From positions 310,001-374,000 of the forward strand of contig CM082593.2 in assembly GCA_040954595.2 (NCBI GenBank): 64,000 nucleotides of DNA, written 5' to 3'. This DNA comes from Balanoglossus misakiensis. Lineage: Eukaryota > Animalia > Hemichordata. Both the position numbers and the translations under genes were made by a program. Shown here piece by piece: positions 14,443-36,729 of the stretch (within the stretch, counting starts at the first letter, position 1; each line of letters opens with the position of its first letter). The notes beneath the pieces are model-generated. The model was not told the origin of the DNA and did no database searches. It saw only the letters and a program-made list of their open reading frames with translations.

Positions 14443-14555
14443 TACGGCCAATGGATCCCTCAAGATAGCCGCCATACTTCTGGGACTGTGGGGTCGATCT
14501 CTGTAGTTACAGAATAACCAATCAGCGTCAACTATTGTAGTCACCTGACAAAGTT

Positions 14556-15133
14556 AAAAAAAAACTGTGCTAACTACCCATTCCCTTAAAAAAACTATGC
14601 TACTTACCAATTCCCTTAAAAACTGTGCCAACCACCCATTCCCTTAAAAACTGTGCTACTTACCCATTCCCTTAAAAACTGTGCCAACCACCCATTCCCT
14701 TAAAAACAATGCTACTTACCCATTCCCTTAAAAAAAACTGTGCCAACCACCCATTCCCTTAAAAACTGTGCTACTTACCCATTCCCTTAAAAACTGTGCC
14801 AACCACCCATTCCCTTAAAAACTGTGCCAACCACCCATTCCCTTAAAAACTATGCTACTTACCCATTCCCTTAAAAAAACTGTGCCAACTACCCATTCCC
14901 TTAAAAACTGTGCTACTTACCCATTTCCTTAAAAAACTGTGCCAACCACCCATTCCCTTAAAAACTATGCTACTTACCCATTCCCTTAAAAACTGTGCCA
15001 ACCACCCATTCCCTTAAAAACTATGCTACTTACCCATTCCCTTAAAAAAACTGTGCCAACCACCCATTCCCTTAAAAACTGTGCTACTTACCATTCCCTT
15101 AAAAACTGTGCTACTCACCCATTCCCTTAAAAA
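14556..15133. repeat. 28-31-bp minisatellite, 20 copies, two largely alternating variants
   Basis: Units AAAAACTGTGCCAACCACCCATTCCCTT and AAAAACTRTGCTACTTACCCATTCCCTT with variable A-tract length. Confidence 0.95.
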
Positions 15134-15759
15134 AATAAACATAGCCGGACACCCCCAGATTGAATAGAACAGTCTCTTCCGCAAAGGACTCTGGGATCAA
15201 TGGCGGCCGGTCCATGGCCCGATCCATGGACCGTGTTTTTCGGATTGTCCGAGAGTTTTCACAACTTAAAAGTTTTATTTTACACTCGCCGTTTCATTAG
15301 AAGGGGTGGGTTACAATTAAAAGTCGTTAGTCGTACATTTTTAACAAATAAACAAAAGTGAGGACAATGTAAACGTGTTGGTGGCGCTAGAAACATAGCC
15401 GTACACCCCCATTTTGAATAGAACAATCTCTTCCGCAAAGGACTCTGGGATCAATGGCGGCCGCTAGAGGCTTGCGCCATTTTGTTTTGAAGCATCATGG
15501 GTAAATCATTATTTTGTTTTCATTTGTCACATTTCAAGGATACTTAAAAAATTTGAACTAATTGAGCACTGATCAGTAATAGTTATATTTTCTGCACTAT
15601 TGCTTTATACAAAGTCCAAAATTTCAACCGGATGACAATTATTAGCGATCGACTTTACGGGTCACGCGAAGGTCACAAAGAAGGTCGTCAGATGTCAACA
15701 AAAACGACGATCATTTCTGACGAAGCTTTTGTACATGTTCTCGCGTGTCATCAGAATTC

Positions 15760-15768
15760 TATATAAAA
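15760..15768 (+). promoter_or_regulatory. Candidate TATA box of POLB
   Basis: TATATAAAA ~30 nt upstream of an Inr-like CCAGTT (~15790) and ~55 nt upstream of the POLB ATG. Confidence 0.45.
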
Positions 15769-15821
15769 CAAGGAACTTTCGAAATCTTGCCAGTTCCAGT
15801 CAGACTGAACAAGGAGAAGCC

Positions 15822-18096
15822 ATGAGTAAAAGGAAGGCCCCAGACGCAAGCAACCCCAACGCCGATTTCTGTGATTTTCTAACAGGTTTGTAATCATTCA
15901 CAAAAGATTGCATTGAAGTTGTGGCATTGTTGGCCAGCAGAAGGACTGTTGTTGGGAAGAAGTGTTTCATAAAAGAGGTTCATATAGTGTCTTGATTGTT
16001 AACTGCCAAACAGAAGGAATGCCATGGGTGACACGTTTGATGAGAGTGATTTAATTCGGTCTCTAACTGCAGTTACCGCAGGCGAAGCTCGAGGTTTTAT
16101 CTGATCACCCAAGTGATCTATTGTCTATTGTCACATCCTTTTCTCCAACAGAATTGGCCAACTATGAAAAGAATGTTTCGAGGGCAATGCATAAGTACAA
16201 TGTTTATAGAAAAGCAGCAAGTGTACTTTCTAAACACCCAACCAGAATAACAAGCGGAAAAGAAGCAAGGAAACTGGTGAGTAGTATTAAAAACCACATT
16301 TTCCTGAAATAGACAAGGATACTTCAAAATGCACTCTTTGATGCGTGAAAAATCAAATGATGATTAAAAATTTGAAAAGTAAACTTAACATAGTTTTTTT
16401 TTTTTTTTTATGGACAGGATGGAATTGGTGACAAGATTGGCAAGAAAATCGATGAATTTATTGCAACAGGAAAATTACAAAAACTTGAAAAAATTAAGGC
16501 TGATGATACGAGTGTTGCCATAAATAATATGACCAGAGTAACAGGTATTGGGTAAGTATAACACATAGATTCATTTTGGTAGTATGATACAAGAGATGCC
16601 TCTGTTGGTGAACGGAAACGTCTGTGAAGCATGCCACAAATATTCCTCTAACTGCTATAGCTTTAATATTGTTTTGACAGCCCTGCAGCTGCAAGGAAAC
16701 TGGTTGTTGAAGATGGCATCAAGACTATTGAAGGTGAGTTTTCCAAAATGCCAATGTTTTGCTCTGAACATGTTTTCTCAATGAGTCTCAACAAACTTCA
16801 TGATGTACAGTGTTTGTTTTGTATTTAGATGTTTTTGTTTTTCTTTATCTATTATGAACAGAATTAAGGAATCATACAGACAAACTCAATCACCACCAGA
16901 AGATAGGCCTCAAGTAAGTTGACATTCATATACAGTAACAAATTTATAGAAAAGGAAATATACTGTAGAGGCTCACTGATAAGAACAGTGATATCAACAT
17001 ACAAGTAAGCGGCAGGCCTTTCAGAATGAGAATTTAACAAAGCATGTTTTTCACATGATTTCAGACATTTTGAAGATTTTGAACAAAGAATCCCACGCTC
17101 AGAGATGGATGAACTAAATGCTGTTATACAAAAACAAGTCAGTGAATTAGACAGTGAATACTTGGCTACAATCTGTGGAAGCTACAGACGAGGAAAAGCG
17201 TCCAGTGGAGATATTGATATTTTACTCACACATCCATCTTTCACATCAGAAAGTGGGAAGAAGGTAGGTGGGCATTTTAGTATAAATTATGAGTGAATGA
17301 ATGAATGAATTTATCAACCAGTGTTACGTGCCAGCAAGGTCAGTCAAGTGAAAGACTTGTGCTAGGTACTGCAAACATGTATCTGGCTAATTACATAAAT
17401 CAGTTTTGTTTCTTGTCAATTTTTGCAGCCACAGCTTCTGAAGGATGTTGTCCACAAATTCGAGGAATCAAAGCTGGTAACAGACACAATATCATTTGGT
17501 GACACCAAGTTCATGGTGAGTGTAGAACTTAACTGTGTGTTTGAGAATGACATTGTTCATGACCTTACCTACAAAGCATCATGGCTTTGATCTCTCGACA
17601 TTGACGATATGTGTGACCAGACTGAAGGGCAGAGTAACATCTGACATTCCCTCCTATCTCCATGCAGGGCGTGTGTAGATTAGCCACGGAAGAGGATAGC
17701 AAGGAACACTTATTCCGCAGGATAGATATCCGGATTCTCCCGCACGACCAATACTTCTGTGGCACGCTGTATTTCACAGGCAGTGATTTATTTAACAGAG
17801 ATATGAGAACCAAAGCACTTGAAGTGGGTTTCACACTCAATGAGTATTCCATCAGACCAGTTGGTAGTACTGGTAAGTTCTTTTGGCAAAGACTTTATTA
17901 TAGGGGCATACTTGTACAGCCAATCTTTTGTTTCTCAATTTACAGTTCAGTGCAGAAAGAAAAGGTGCACCTTATAACTCGTACACAAAATCTGTTTTCA
18001 GGCGTTCCTGGAGAACCTTTACCAGTCACATCAGAACAAGATATCTTTGAATACATCGGTATGGACTATCTAGAACCAGTCCAGAGGAGTATGTAG
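15822..18096 (+). CDS. POLB: DNA polymerase beta (family X), about 9 exons
   Basis: MSKRKAP start, [23 protein letters not shown], Hh[14 protein letters not shown] (lyase Lys), [45 protein letters not shown]. Canonical splice sites; TAG at 18094-18096. Confidence 0.97.
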
Positions 18097-19163
18097 TTCT
18101 CCTGCACCACAGAGAATGATGGGATGACAATTTGCTTGAGTAGAACCAAAGTATCCAGGAGTCAACATTTGGAAGGACTAACATTTATTTTCTCACAAAG
18201 ATTTGAGATTTTACGAGTCTTTATACAATATGAAATGGTAATTAGAAAACAGTAGCTACAATTTTAAATTTCTGATTTATTTTATTGTAATGAACTTTTG
18301 TTGTCATGGCAGCAATTTGCCATGCCTCAGTCCGTACATGTAGAAATGAATTGCATTTTTATTTCAACTGTGAAAACTTCCACAACAAAGTGCATGTATG
18401 TGAAATCACAAATGAATGGTCAAAAAGATTATCAATAAACCTGGACATCATAATAATTATTTAATGACAGTGTTTTATTTCTTGTAGTTGAGTCCAACCA
18501 AGCAAGCAGTTGTTGCTGTTTATGATTTGAAATCAGTCTTAGCATCCGAGTGTCAAGAAGATTAGATTCGCCAAAACAAGTAAGAATGCTGCTGTGTGTG
18601 TTAAAGAAAGTTGACATGATGAATTTTCACACTGCTCAGTTGGTATTTCTTCATTGTTTTCCCGGAAGGCAACTTTCTGGAAGTAATCTTCAATCTATCA
18701 TTAGTACAACTCTGAAAACATTTTAATTTCAGTCGCGACAACCGCATAAGTATGAGCAAAATTTATCACACCAATAGTTGAGCATAGATGGGCATGGTGA
18801 CTGCGCCCTCTAGAGACTGGTCTGATGTCTTACCCATATATTCTGGATCGGGATTATAGTCCGACCGATGATGAATGCAGGGTTTGCTTTGCCATTGTTA
18901 GAATTTACTGATGGCGAATAAATCATCCTATAGAACGGTAGTTTATCACCTTCATTCATTCATTCGTTCGTTCGTTCGTTCATTCGTTTTTTATCTGATA
19001 TTCAGTTTGCAACTTTAATCTACATCATGTCTGCGTCCCATAACAACTTGAATATGATAATACGGATTAAACATTGTGAATGACGCTGGCCTTTCTAATC
19101 ATAACAACACGCCCCCTAATTCAAATTTCCTAACAGAATGCTCGAAATATTATTGTCCAAAAA

Positions 19164-19853
19164 TCACGCAATTTCTCGTTGTTTTCTACGCTCTCGAACA
19201 ATGTCTAACAAATTCACTGGCCACATTGAGACATCGCTTATAGAAAATGTCGATGATCCTTTCATGCCTTTCCGTTTTTTCTTGACTTTCTTCACTCCTC
19301 GGCTACTGTCAGAATCATCCGTTTCAGCAAAACTACTGCTGGTCTCCATGCAGTCCATGGGCAACGCTAAAAGGTCACTGTCTGTTGTGTTGGATGCAAA
19401 GCTGCAGTCGCTACTTGACGTTGTCAGAGCCAATTCGTCATGGTCTATAAGGGCTGCTTCAGACAAACGCTTGGAGCAACTTGTCCTGTTTGAACGGAAA
19501 TAAAAGTTTCATGGTGCCATAGTAGTCTTCTCAATCCATGTATAGCCATGACAGCCGTAATACATCATGAAAGTGTTCAGATGTCCCAACAGGAAAGATT
19601 TCACTTTCACGACAATAATAAATTTATACCGTAACCGCAAACAGACTGATTCTCCTGAATACTTTAAAAAACATCTTTATCTTTCGTATATAATATCAAC
19701 AAATGACTGCATGGGAATGAAAATCAGACATTAACGATAAAGACGAGTGTTGTGATGAGTACATGTACTTAAGATATTCTCAACCACTCACCCCTTTGAG
19801 GACTTTTTCTTCATCATAACTTTTTGACCAATTCGTGAAACATTTCCTCCCAT
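19164..19853 (-). CDS. Predicted 127-aa protein with N-myristoylation motif and basic clusters; exons 19853..19792 and 19485..19164
   Basis: Exon 1 MGGNVSRIGQKVMMKKKSSKG ends GG|gtgagt (phase 2). Acceptor ttttatttccgttcaaacag|G at 19485 is phase-compatible and joins the 19164..19466 ORF. Confidence 0.6.
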
Positions 19854-20254
19854 GACAGAGGGAACAATTAAGCCCTCGAAATTAATGAACTGGCCATTAT
19901 TTGCAGCTGAACAACTTTTGAAATCTGAGTTGAAAGTTTGGCATTCTGTTTGTTTGATATCCATGGCATTGTTGATTGTGTATTGTTTCTAGGGGAAAAC
20001 ACTGTGTTCTTTCGTTCGAAAGAAACGGCGTCGTTCTAACAGAAAGTCCATCGTTCTAGTGTGCATGTTCTTTTTTCTGATCAATATTCGAGTCATTCCA
20101 GTCTCCATGCAGAGATACATGCGCGTGCGCACCACGACCACAGGATCGGAATCTGATACGTGATTCTAACATGCATTTATTTCCATTTTGATACACAACA
20201 TTAGAGCTTTCGTAGAATATATATATTTATTTGGGTGGCGAAGTGATTTGCATG

Positions 20255-24044
<3,790 letters not shown>

Positions 24045-25383
24045 GATCGTTGTGGATGACGACGACGCAGCCGAACTCTTATGAGAAGTTTGACCTTGTT
24101 GTCTGTTAAGATGACAGAAATCATTCGATATCGATCTTAATCTTGTCTTGTCTTCGTCATAAGCCCAAGTTTTAAACACGCGACCAAACGGCCGATACAG
24201 CTCCGATGTTATTCTTTATCAAGATAACTGCTTCAGAATCAAATGGTGCACTTCTCGTAAATATTTCAACCAATTTGACTTAGATCACCCCGGGGACACA
24301 CAATAGTTTTCTTGGTGAATTTCAGTGTCTGACGATTGCACGACACGAGTACATTGTGGGGCTTCCAACTCATCAACAACACCTGGTGTAAAACATGATC
24401 TGACCAATCATGAAGCACTGCCATCCTGTCAGCCAATAAAACTATTGGGACCTGTACACCTGTGCATATCCGATTGATTGAGAGTGACCGCACACAATGC
24501 ACAACTTCACCACTTCGTCCGTACGGTGTCAGACCCTTTCATGTCGGATGACGACGGCGAATTCGTTCCCCAAAAATCATCAAAAAGAGAAGCAGAAACA
24601 CGTGAAGAGGCCGTTACGGGTATGTAGCTGTTCCGGGATTTTGGAGAACTTCTCCGGGAAAATGTTGTGGACTTCCGTGTCGAAAGAAACGCCCGTTCTT
24701 TCAGGTTTACTGAAACTATCGCATCTTACACGTGGCAGTGTTATGTCGTCTAGGCCGATATCATGTGTCTCGCTGTTCTTGTTGTGTTACCGTAATGTTG
24801 AGTTCCCATAAATGAGGCAATACTGGATAGCATCGGATAGGCGTCGTGTAATTTTTCATGCAAGCGTCCCCACAACCACCAGAATATAATCAGTTCTACA
24901 CATGTACGTATACCAAATATATATTTTATTATAAGAATCACCATAAGCACCATGTCGGTTAGTTTAATATTTAACACCTGCATGATTAGTTATCCCGACG
25001 AAGATCACAAGAAAGTTATTTTCACAAAAGATAAAATGATTGCCAAATGAAATAACAACGATATTCACCACAAAATGTATCCCAGGGTTCGTGATACAAG
25101 ATTTGCCAAATATCCTAATAATACACAAAAACCCAGACTGTAGTTGACGGCAAAGCATACAGCACATTAAGAATCTTTAAATATCAAAGTCTTCTCTTAA
25201 AATATTAATATATAATATATTATAATTAAGGCGTAGTTATGTGGTCTCGGTTAAACTTAGTCTTCAGGACGTTTGTTATCGTCATTGCAAAGAGCACAGT
25301 AATGCTTTGCACATTTTCATTTTCATTTTAACCCTGGATCAATACATGTATTGGTCATCGTTCCTGATCGCGTCTGTAAGTTC

Positions 25384-31188
<5,805 letters not shown>

Positions 31189-33388
31189 TTTGACTGTGTA
31201 CAAAAAATTATAAATAGTTTTATGCAGAAGATCCCAAAATGTGACTATGTTTGTTTATGATGCACGTCACATGCGATTTGCAATTGTAATATGCGAAGTC
31301 TATAACTAATTTTAGCAGAAATGTTAGAAAAAAATGTGAGAATGTTATTGGCCTCAATATTTTGAAAAAAAAAATGGTTGAACTGGAAATCTCGCGAATT
31401 TGCATGCGAACGTGTTCAGGCGGATCATGTAGGACACGATGACTGCACACATATTTTACGTCTGGTGTAAAGATAATGTCATTTATGTTATATTGTAGTC
31501 GTTATGAACATGCTCAGAGGAATTCATAACAAGCCAATGATTATAATGGATGTTTTCAATGTTTTGCATAAATGCTAATTAGTTTACAAGGCTAGTGGTC
31601 TCGTGGTGGTAAAATGGCTGCTCCACACAAGGCGACCCCGGACGGAAAGTTCAGGCAGGGTCTATGTATAGAGGGGTACGGTTGTCATCAGCGAAAGAAA
31701 ACGACTGATATGATCAACATGTTTCCGTTTTTAATTTTCGATGTTACAGACTGTTCAGACAGTTCTCAGTCAAGAATTCCACATCATATCGTGTTCATGA
31801 CATTGACCCCATACCTGTAAAGAAGATATTTAGGTCAACTTTTGTCCTATTGTATATAGCGGACATACTATGTACAGGAGAACTTGTAAATTATTCGCTT
31901 TGAAAACTTTATGAGGTTCAGTGGAAAGGCCAAGGCCGTGGACCTACTCCGAATGACGTGGTTGTTATTAAAACTCAACTTGAAGGATTTCAAGAGACGA
32001 CACAACTTCCTAGCTACTGGTATCTCATTATAATGACGCTTTCCGTGGTAAACCGCACAAGCGGAAATCTTTCCGAGCAAGTATTTTCCGCTTGCTATTT
32101 TTGGTACAGGCGTTATAGGCCTATTGTGAGTTAGTTAGAGCTTTCCACTACGATGAATGGGGACATTTACAGTTTTCTGTTCCCCAGAACAAAATGGCCA
32201 CTAATTATTGAAGTTGTCCTCAGTAAGTTTTGGGTGTGTCATGAATATGCAGAGGTACCACCATGTTCGGGTGAATAGTATAGGCTCAGGGTAAACTGTA
32301 TTCGTAGCTACGAAAGAGATTAATCCACAAAACACGATTTCGCGCGGTCTTCAGCTCGACAGTAATTTAACGGATGGGTAGATTAGTGGCCAATTTTGTG
32401 AATGGTGCAGGTGTCCGAGATTGGCATTCACTTTCACAAAAAGCCGCGCCCTGCGGCTTACGCGTGTTGGGCGCGGCTGTGCATTGCCGCCAACACATAT
32501 AAGTGTGTCCGGCAAGAAATGCAGAGAATTTCTTTGCATTCACTACCGATTGAGTTGTATCCCCCCCCCAACAAAAGACTAGCATATAGCGGCCTTAATC
32601 TAATTTTCATCGATCAACTGTCATTTTGTACACACGTCACCCATACAAACTATTGTAATAACAAGCGAAGTGTTCAAATTTGCACCGAGAAGATAACCCC
32701 TATAACACAAGTCGTTGTAGTAGTAGTGACAAACACGACTTCGACCCCGAATGACGCTGCATGCTCTGTTTGCTGACCGACCAGCGCCCACACTGACCAC
32801 TACTTGACCTAGTTTTTTGAATACAAAATTGACTTGGCACAAGAGTGTTCAATGTTTCTTCTGCGTAAACTTCGTAATCGATTTGCATTACAAAAAGCTA
32901 AACAAACTTTACCTTGATGTACAGGTTAAGAAAAAAACTGTCTCGTCTTCTTCGTTGTTGGTGTTCCCACGGTGGCTAGCTCGTACACACTCCCCACCCT
33001 TTGTTAGACACTGTCGGGTACTTTCAATATGTACTATACAACTAACTGGCATACTTTTGTTTACATGTAAATACCTATCTACAGTATCGGCCTTAACAGG
33101 TAGTCGTACGCATGCGCATTCATTACCAGCGCCAGGTCAGTGTAAGTGAAGACAGTATACATATACTAGTATTTCCTTGGTGTAGAGTATTTTAATCGAT
33201 ATCTGTCTGTCTGCAACTGGACTTAACTGTCCCATTGAAGTAAAAACACGTTGTCCGAACCACACACTTGCTTTGCTGGGTCCAAAGAAATGTCAGATCC
33301 TATGTTTAGTGCACTTTTTTCACGCTTCTTTGGAAATATCATTTCGTATGTTCATTTCTCGCCGATCGCATTTCGGGTAGACTAGCCC

Positions 33389-33571
33389 ACTAGTCGCTTG
33401 GTGATTTTTAAATCTCAATACTTTTTGTGTTTTCGGTGGTTTTTTGTCTTAATAAATAATTTCAATACTTTTTGCGTGCATGCTTGCCTTTAGCGTGTTT
33501 TTGGTAGTGAGGCGAGTTTCGAATTTGCGACTGAGCTTGTGGTTTCGGGTAGCGTCGACCAAGCGACTAGT
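33389..33571. mobile_element. Putative MITE with 14-bp terminal inverted repeats
   Basis: ACTAGTCGCTTGGT (33389..33402) and its exact reverse complement ACCAAGCGACTAGT (33558..33571) around a T-rich non-coding core. Confidence 0.5.
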
Positions 33572-34910
33572 ACACCTTGCAATATCTACAAACGCTCAGG
33601 CCGTTTGTTGACGGAGTCGAGAATGATTGACAGGGGCGTCGATCCCGTGCGCCAATGAGAATAAAGAGATGTGATATAACGTGAACGCGTAGAACCCACG
33701 TTCGTAAGTCAAGTACGGCGCGACCTGTGATGTCAACGTCTGTTTGTGTGGCACGCGCACTCTGTAATTTGAGCGTATACATCGTACAGTGTCGCTGCAC
33801 TGCAACTATGGTTTCAGCCATCAGACCATAAAAATTGATGAACGAATTTCACATAAAATGAGTAAACCCGTTTGCGTTTTCGCTATGAGCGACCCAAATA
33901 TGATTTTCGGGTACTCGAGGTAATGCATTGAAACTCCGCCCACTATTTAAATTAGCTAATGAATATTCATAAATGACGTCAACATGAATAATTCATAGCA
34001 ACCGGAAAGCAGCAAGGTGTACAAGTCTATGGGCCGACACGTTCCCTACACATCCCATAGACTTGGAGCAAGTCTACATTTCGGGGTAAAATTTACACGA
34101 ACGCATCTGATCATGCGCGGTAGTCTTGCGGAGGTCATTTTTAGGCCAGGCCATTTACTGTAGTTGAGAACGGGTAAGTGGTAGGCATTTACTAAAGCTG
34201 CGCATGCAGAGAACCAGATCTGGGTAAGACCAGGATCCCTCCCCTCCACCGTATAATGCAGATGCGCTTAAAAGAATCATCCTAGTCCTATGCTTCTGTT
34301 TACAGTTTAGTTTTATATATCGATGACGATGCAAAAATAGTGTACATGTACTGTGTAGGATGTCGGTCACATGACTATTAACTTCTACAGTCGGTTATCG
34401 TTATATCTCCTGTAAATATGGTGCATTGTGTTGGAGAAGACATCGTACACTATTTCGGTCCCATATGCCCTCTTATTGAAAACATGGAAGCTTATCCGCG
34501 AATCCCAACCTTTAAGTTTAACGGGTGATCGACATCGGACGTTTGGCAAGTACATCCGGGTGAGTCACAAAACAATGAGTCTACGTGATCAGATGGATCT
34601 AGGTCAGTTGATGGTAGATAGACGGATAATCTATGATAGGAGATTGTTTCCCTCATAAAGCCACATGTTGGCTATCAGGAATGTGATTTAGTTTGGAAGA
34701 AGGAGTATGTAAAAGGGCGTTGGCAATTTTGGCCAATCCTTTTTCTTAAGATCACCCCACGGGGCCACGTGACTGTGGTTAGATGTAACAACTGATAACA
34801 ACACCAAAGTGACCTAAGTTTACCGCATTGTCCCTGGCACACGCAAAAATAGAGACTTACCGAACTTTCACTTTTTACACTGCTTAATTTATTAAAATTA
34901 GGAAGAAAAA

Positions 34911-36729
34911 ATGCTGCTGTTTGCCTTGATAGTTTCCTGTGGGATTTTGTCGACGGCCGGTCTGAATTATGAAAGTGCAGAACCCAAAACGTGGTGGGCT
35001 AAGCAGATTAGTAGAGACTTTTATACTGCTGGTAGAATTTCCGCGAGAGAAGTCAAATATGCCAGCGAGGTGGGATTCCGGTCTATTTTTGCTGTGTTTA
35101 ACCATACAACAGTCGGTTCAATGGGAGAAGAAAAGTTGCCCATAACAGACGATATTGAACGCATTGTTACAAAACTGACGGACATGGAGTTTGATATCTT
35201 CCCGTCAAGCATAACGACCTACAAAAGTATGGATGCTGTATCATACTTCACCAAGGCGACAATGTCGATGCCGAAACCCATGCTTGTCTATTGTACAGCT
35301 TCGTATTCGGCGACCGCAACGGTGTTACTGCATTTCCTTCAGATGACCCAAACCACGCCCTCGTATGAACCCAAAATATACACCGACGATTTCTTCCGAA
35401 TAAGTCGCGCCATCGGACATGACTTTGACATGGATGAACAACTGATTGCTCTGGTGTCCGAAATCAGCAAAGAACCGCCGATTGAAGTCCGACTAGAGCC
35501 GAACAACAAATTGACAAATTGGCACGATTACTGGCACTCAAAATTCGTATCGTCAGACTGGTTTGCCGGGGGGCAGATGAGAGTTACGCACATTGAGGCT
35601 ATCGCAAGCGCGGGCTTCGAATCATTGGTGAATAATCGTATGGGCGTTACCTCACCACCGAACGACACCCCTTCCCAAGAAGAAGTCACCCTGTTAAATA
35701 TCAGAGACAATACTGGTACATACAAACATAGGGGAAGGCAATCTCTACCGCGATTGTTACAGACAAGAATTGATCCAGTGAAACCAAAAGTATACATTTC
35801 ACCAAAGTCGAAGACAAATTTTGAAGCAAGGAATCCGGGCGAATTCGGTGACAAAGTCGGCTACAACGAAGAGATTGCACAAATGAGTTTCAATGAATCC
35901 GGTCTGTCTTATATTCATTTACCGATTAGTAAGTAAAATACACATTGTTGAGAACTAGAGATTAATCTTTTTTCTGAGATTTCCCAATTTAATCTGCCAT
36001 TTCTCTCTGGGTTTATTTGTTGTGATAAGTTACATTGTACATCTGTATTGCTCTGCTGTCATGATGGGCATGCTGTAGACGCCGGAGCTAACACAACCTA
36101 TAGACGGAATGTTTGATGTAACTTCTGATTCCTGTGCCTAGACAGTTATAGTTATTTACTTATTTCGGTAGGAGAGATCACGGCACAGCTTTTCTACAAA
36201 TATGTTGATGATTTGAAGAAAGCTATGCAGTATGGCCCAGTGTTAGTGCACTGTAGGAGTGGCTACAGAGGCGGTGAGTTATACTCGTTCATGTAGATCA
36301 TCAAAAGATGACTTTCCGCGAGACCTGGTTACCGTAGCTATGGATGAAATTGGAATAGTACAAACATTTGTAACTTTTATTTGTCCTGTGTCACATATTT
36401 GTGTGTGTGTCGTGAATGCAACAGGACTGATCATAACAGGAATAAAGAGTACCACTGGTCAAGACCTATTCTTACCTTTTTAATCATTTGATATTTCAGC
36501 TTCTGTAGCAATTCTTGCTGAAGGATACTTCAACTGCCGGGGCAGTGATTGGGCAATGACCCAAGCCGCTATGATGGGCTACCATTTCACAAAAGAAAGT
36601 ACGCAATACCATGTTTTCCGAGAGGTACTTGATTCTCGAAGGAGAGAATGTCCAGGAAAACATCGTCGCTCAAAAATATGGAAATGTATAGCCAAGGCTG
36701 CGTTTTTTCTTCACCTATTCGGGCTTTAG
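34911..36729 (+). CDS. Secreted 449-aa protein with two DUF442/BLH-like (phosphatase/sulfurtransferase fold) domains; exons 34911..35928, 36172..36273, 36500..36729
   Basis: Signal peptide MLLFALIVSCGILSTAG. Domain 1 ends PKPMLVYCTASYS; domain 2 has GGQM..IASAGFESLVNNR, GLSYIHLP, GPVLVHCRSGYR. Two phase-1 GT-AG introns give 1350 nt in frame. Confidence 0.82.

Larger units (their letters stand above)
13202..15709. repeat. Foldback-like composite: ~570-bp inverted arms (outer 307 bp perfect) around satellite arrays
   Basis: 13202..13508 is the exact reverse complement of 15403..15709 (checked block by block). Similarity continues with mismatches to ~13773/15138. No transposase ORF. Confidence 0.92.

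Noticed and set aside
14556-15133. CRISPR-like appearance of the ~28-bp repeats
   Set aside because: Units abut with no unique spacers, there are no cas genes, and the context is eukaryotic.
18659-18667. STAT-type palindrome TTCCCGGAA and a nearby CTCF-like GCGCCCTCTAG (~18803)
   Set aside because: Single short motifs are expected by chance in 64 kb.
24541-24811. Possible two-exon + strand ORF (MSDDDGEFVPQK...) with a short intron
   Set aside because: Splice sites are plausible, but the peptide is short and featureless, with no independent support.
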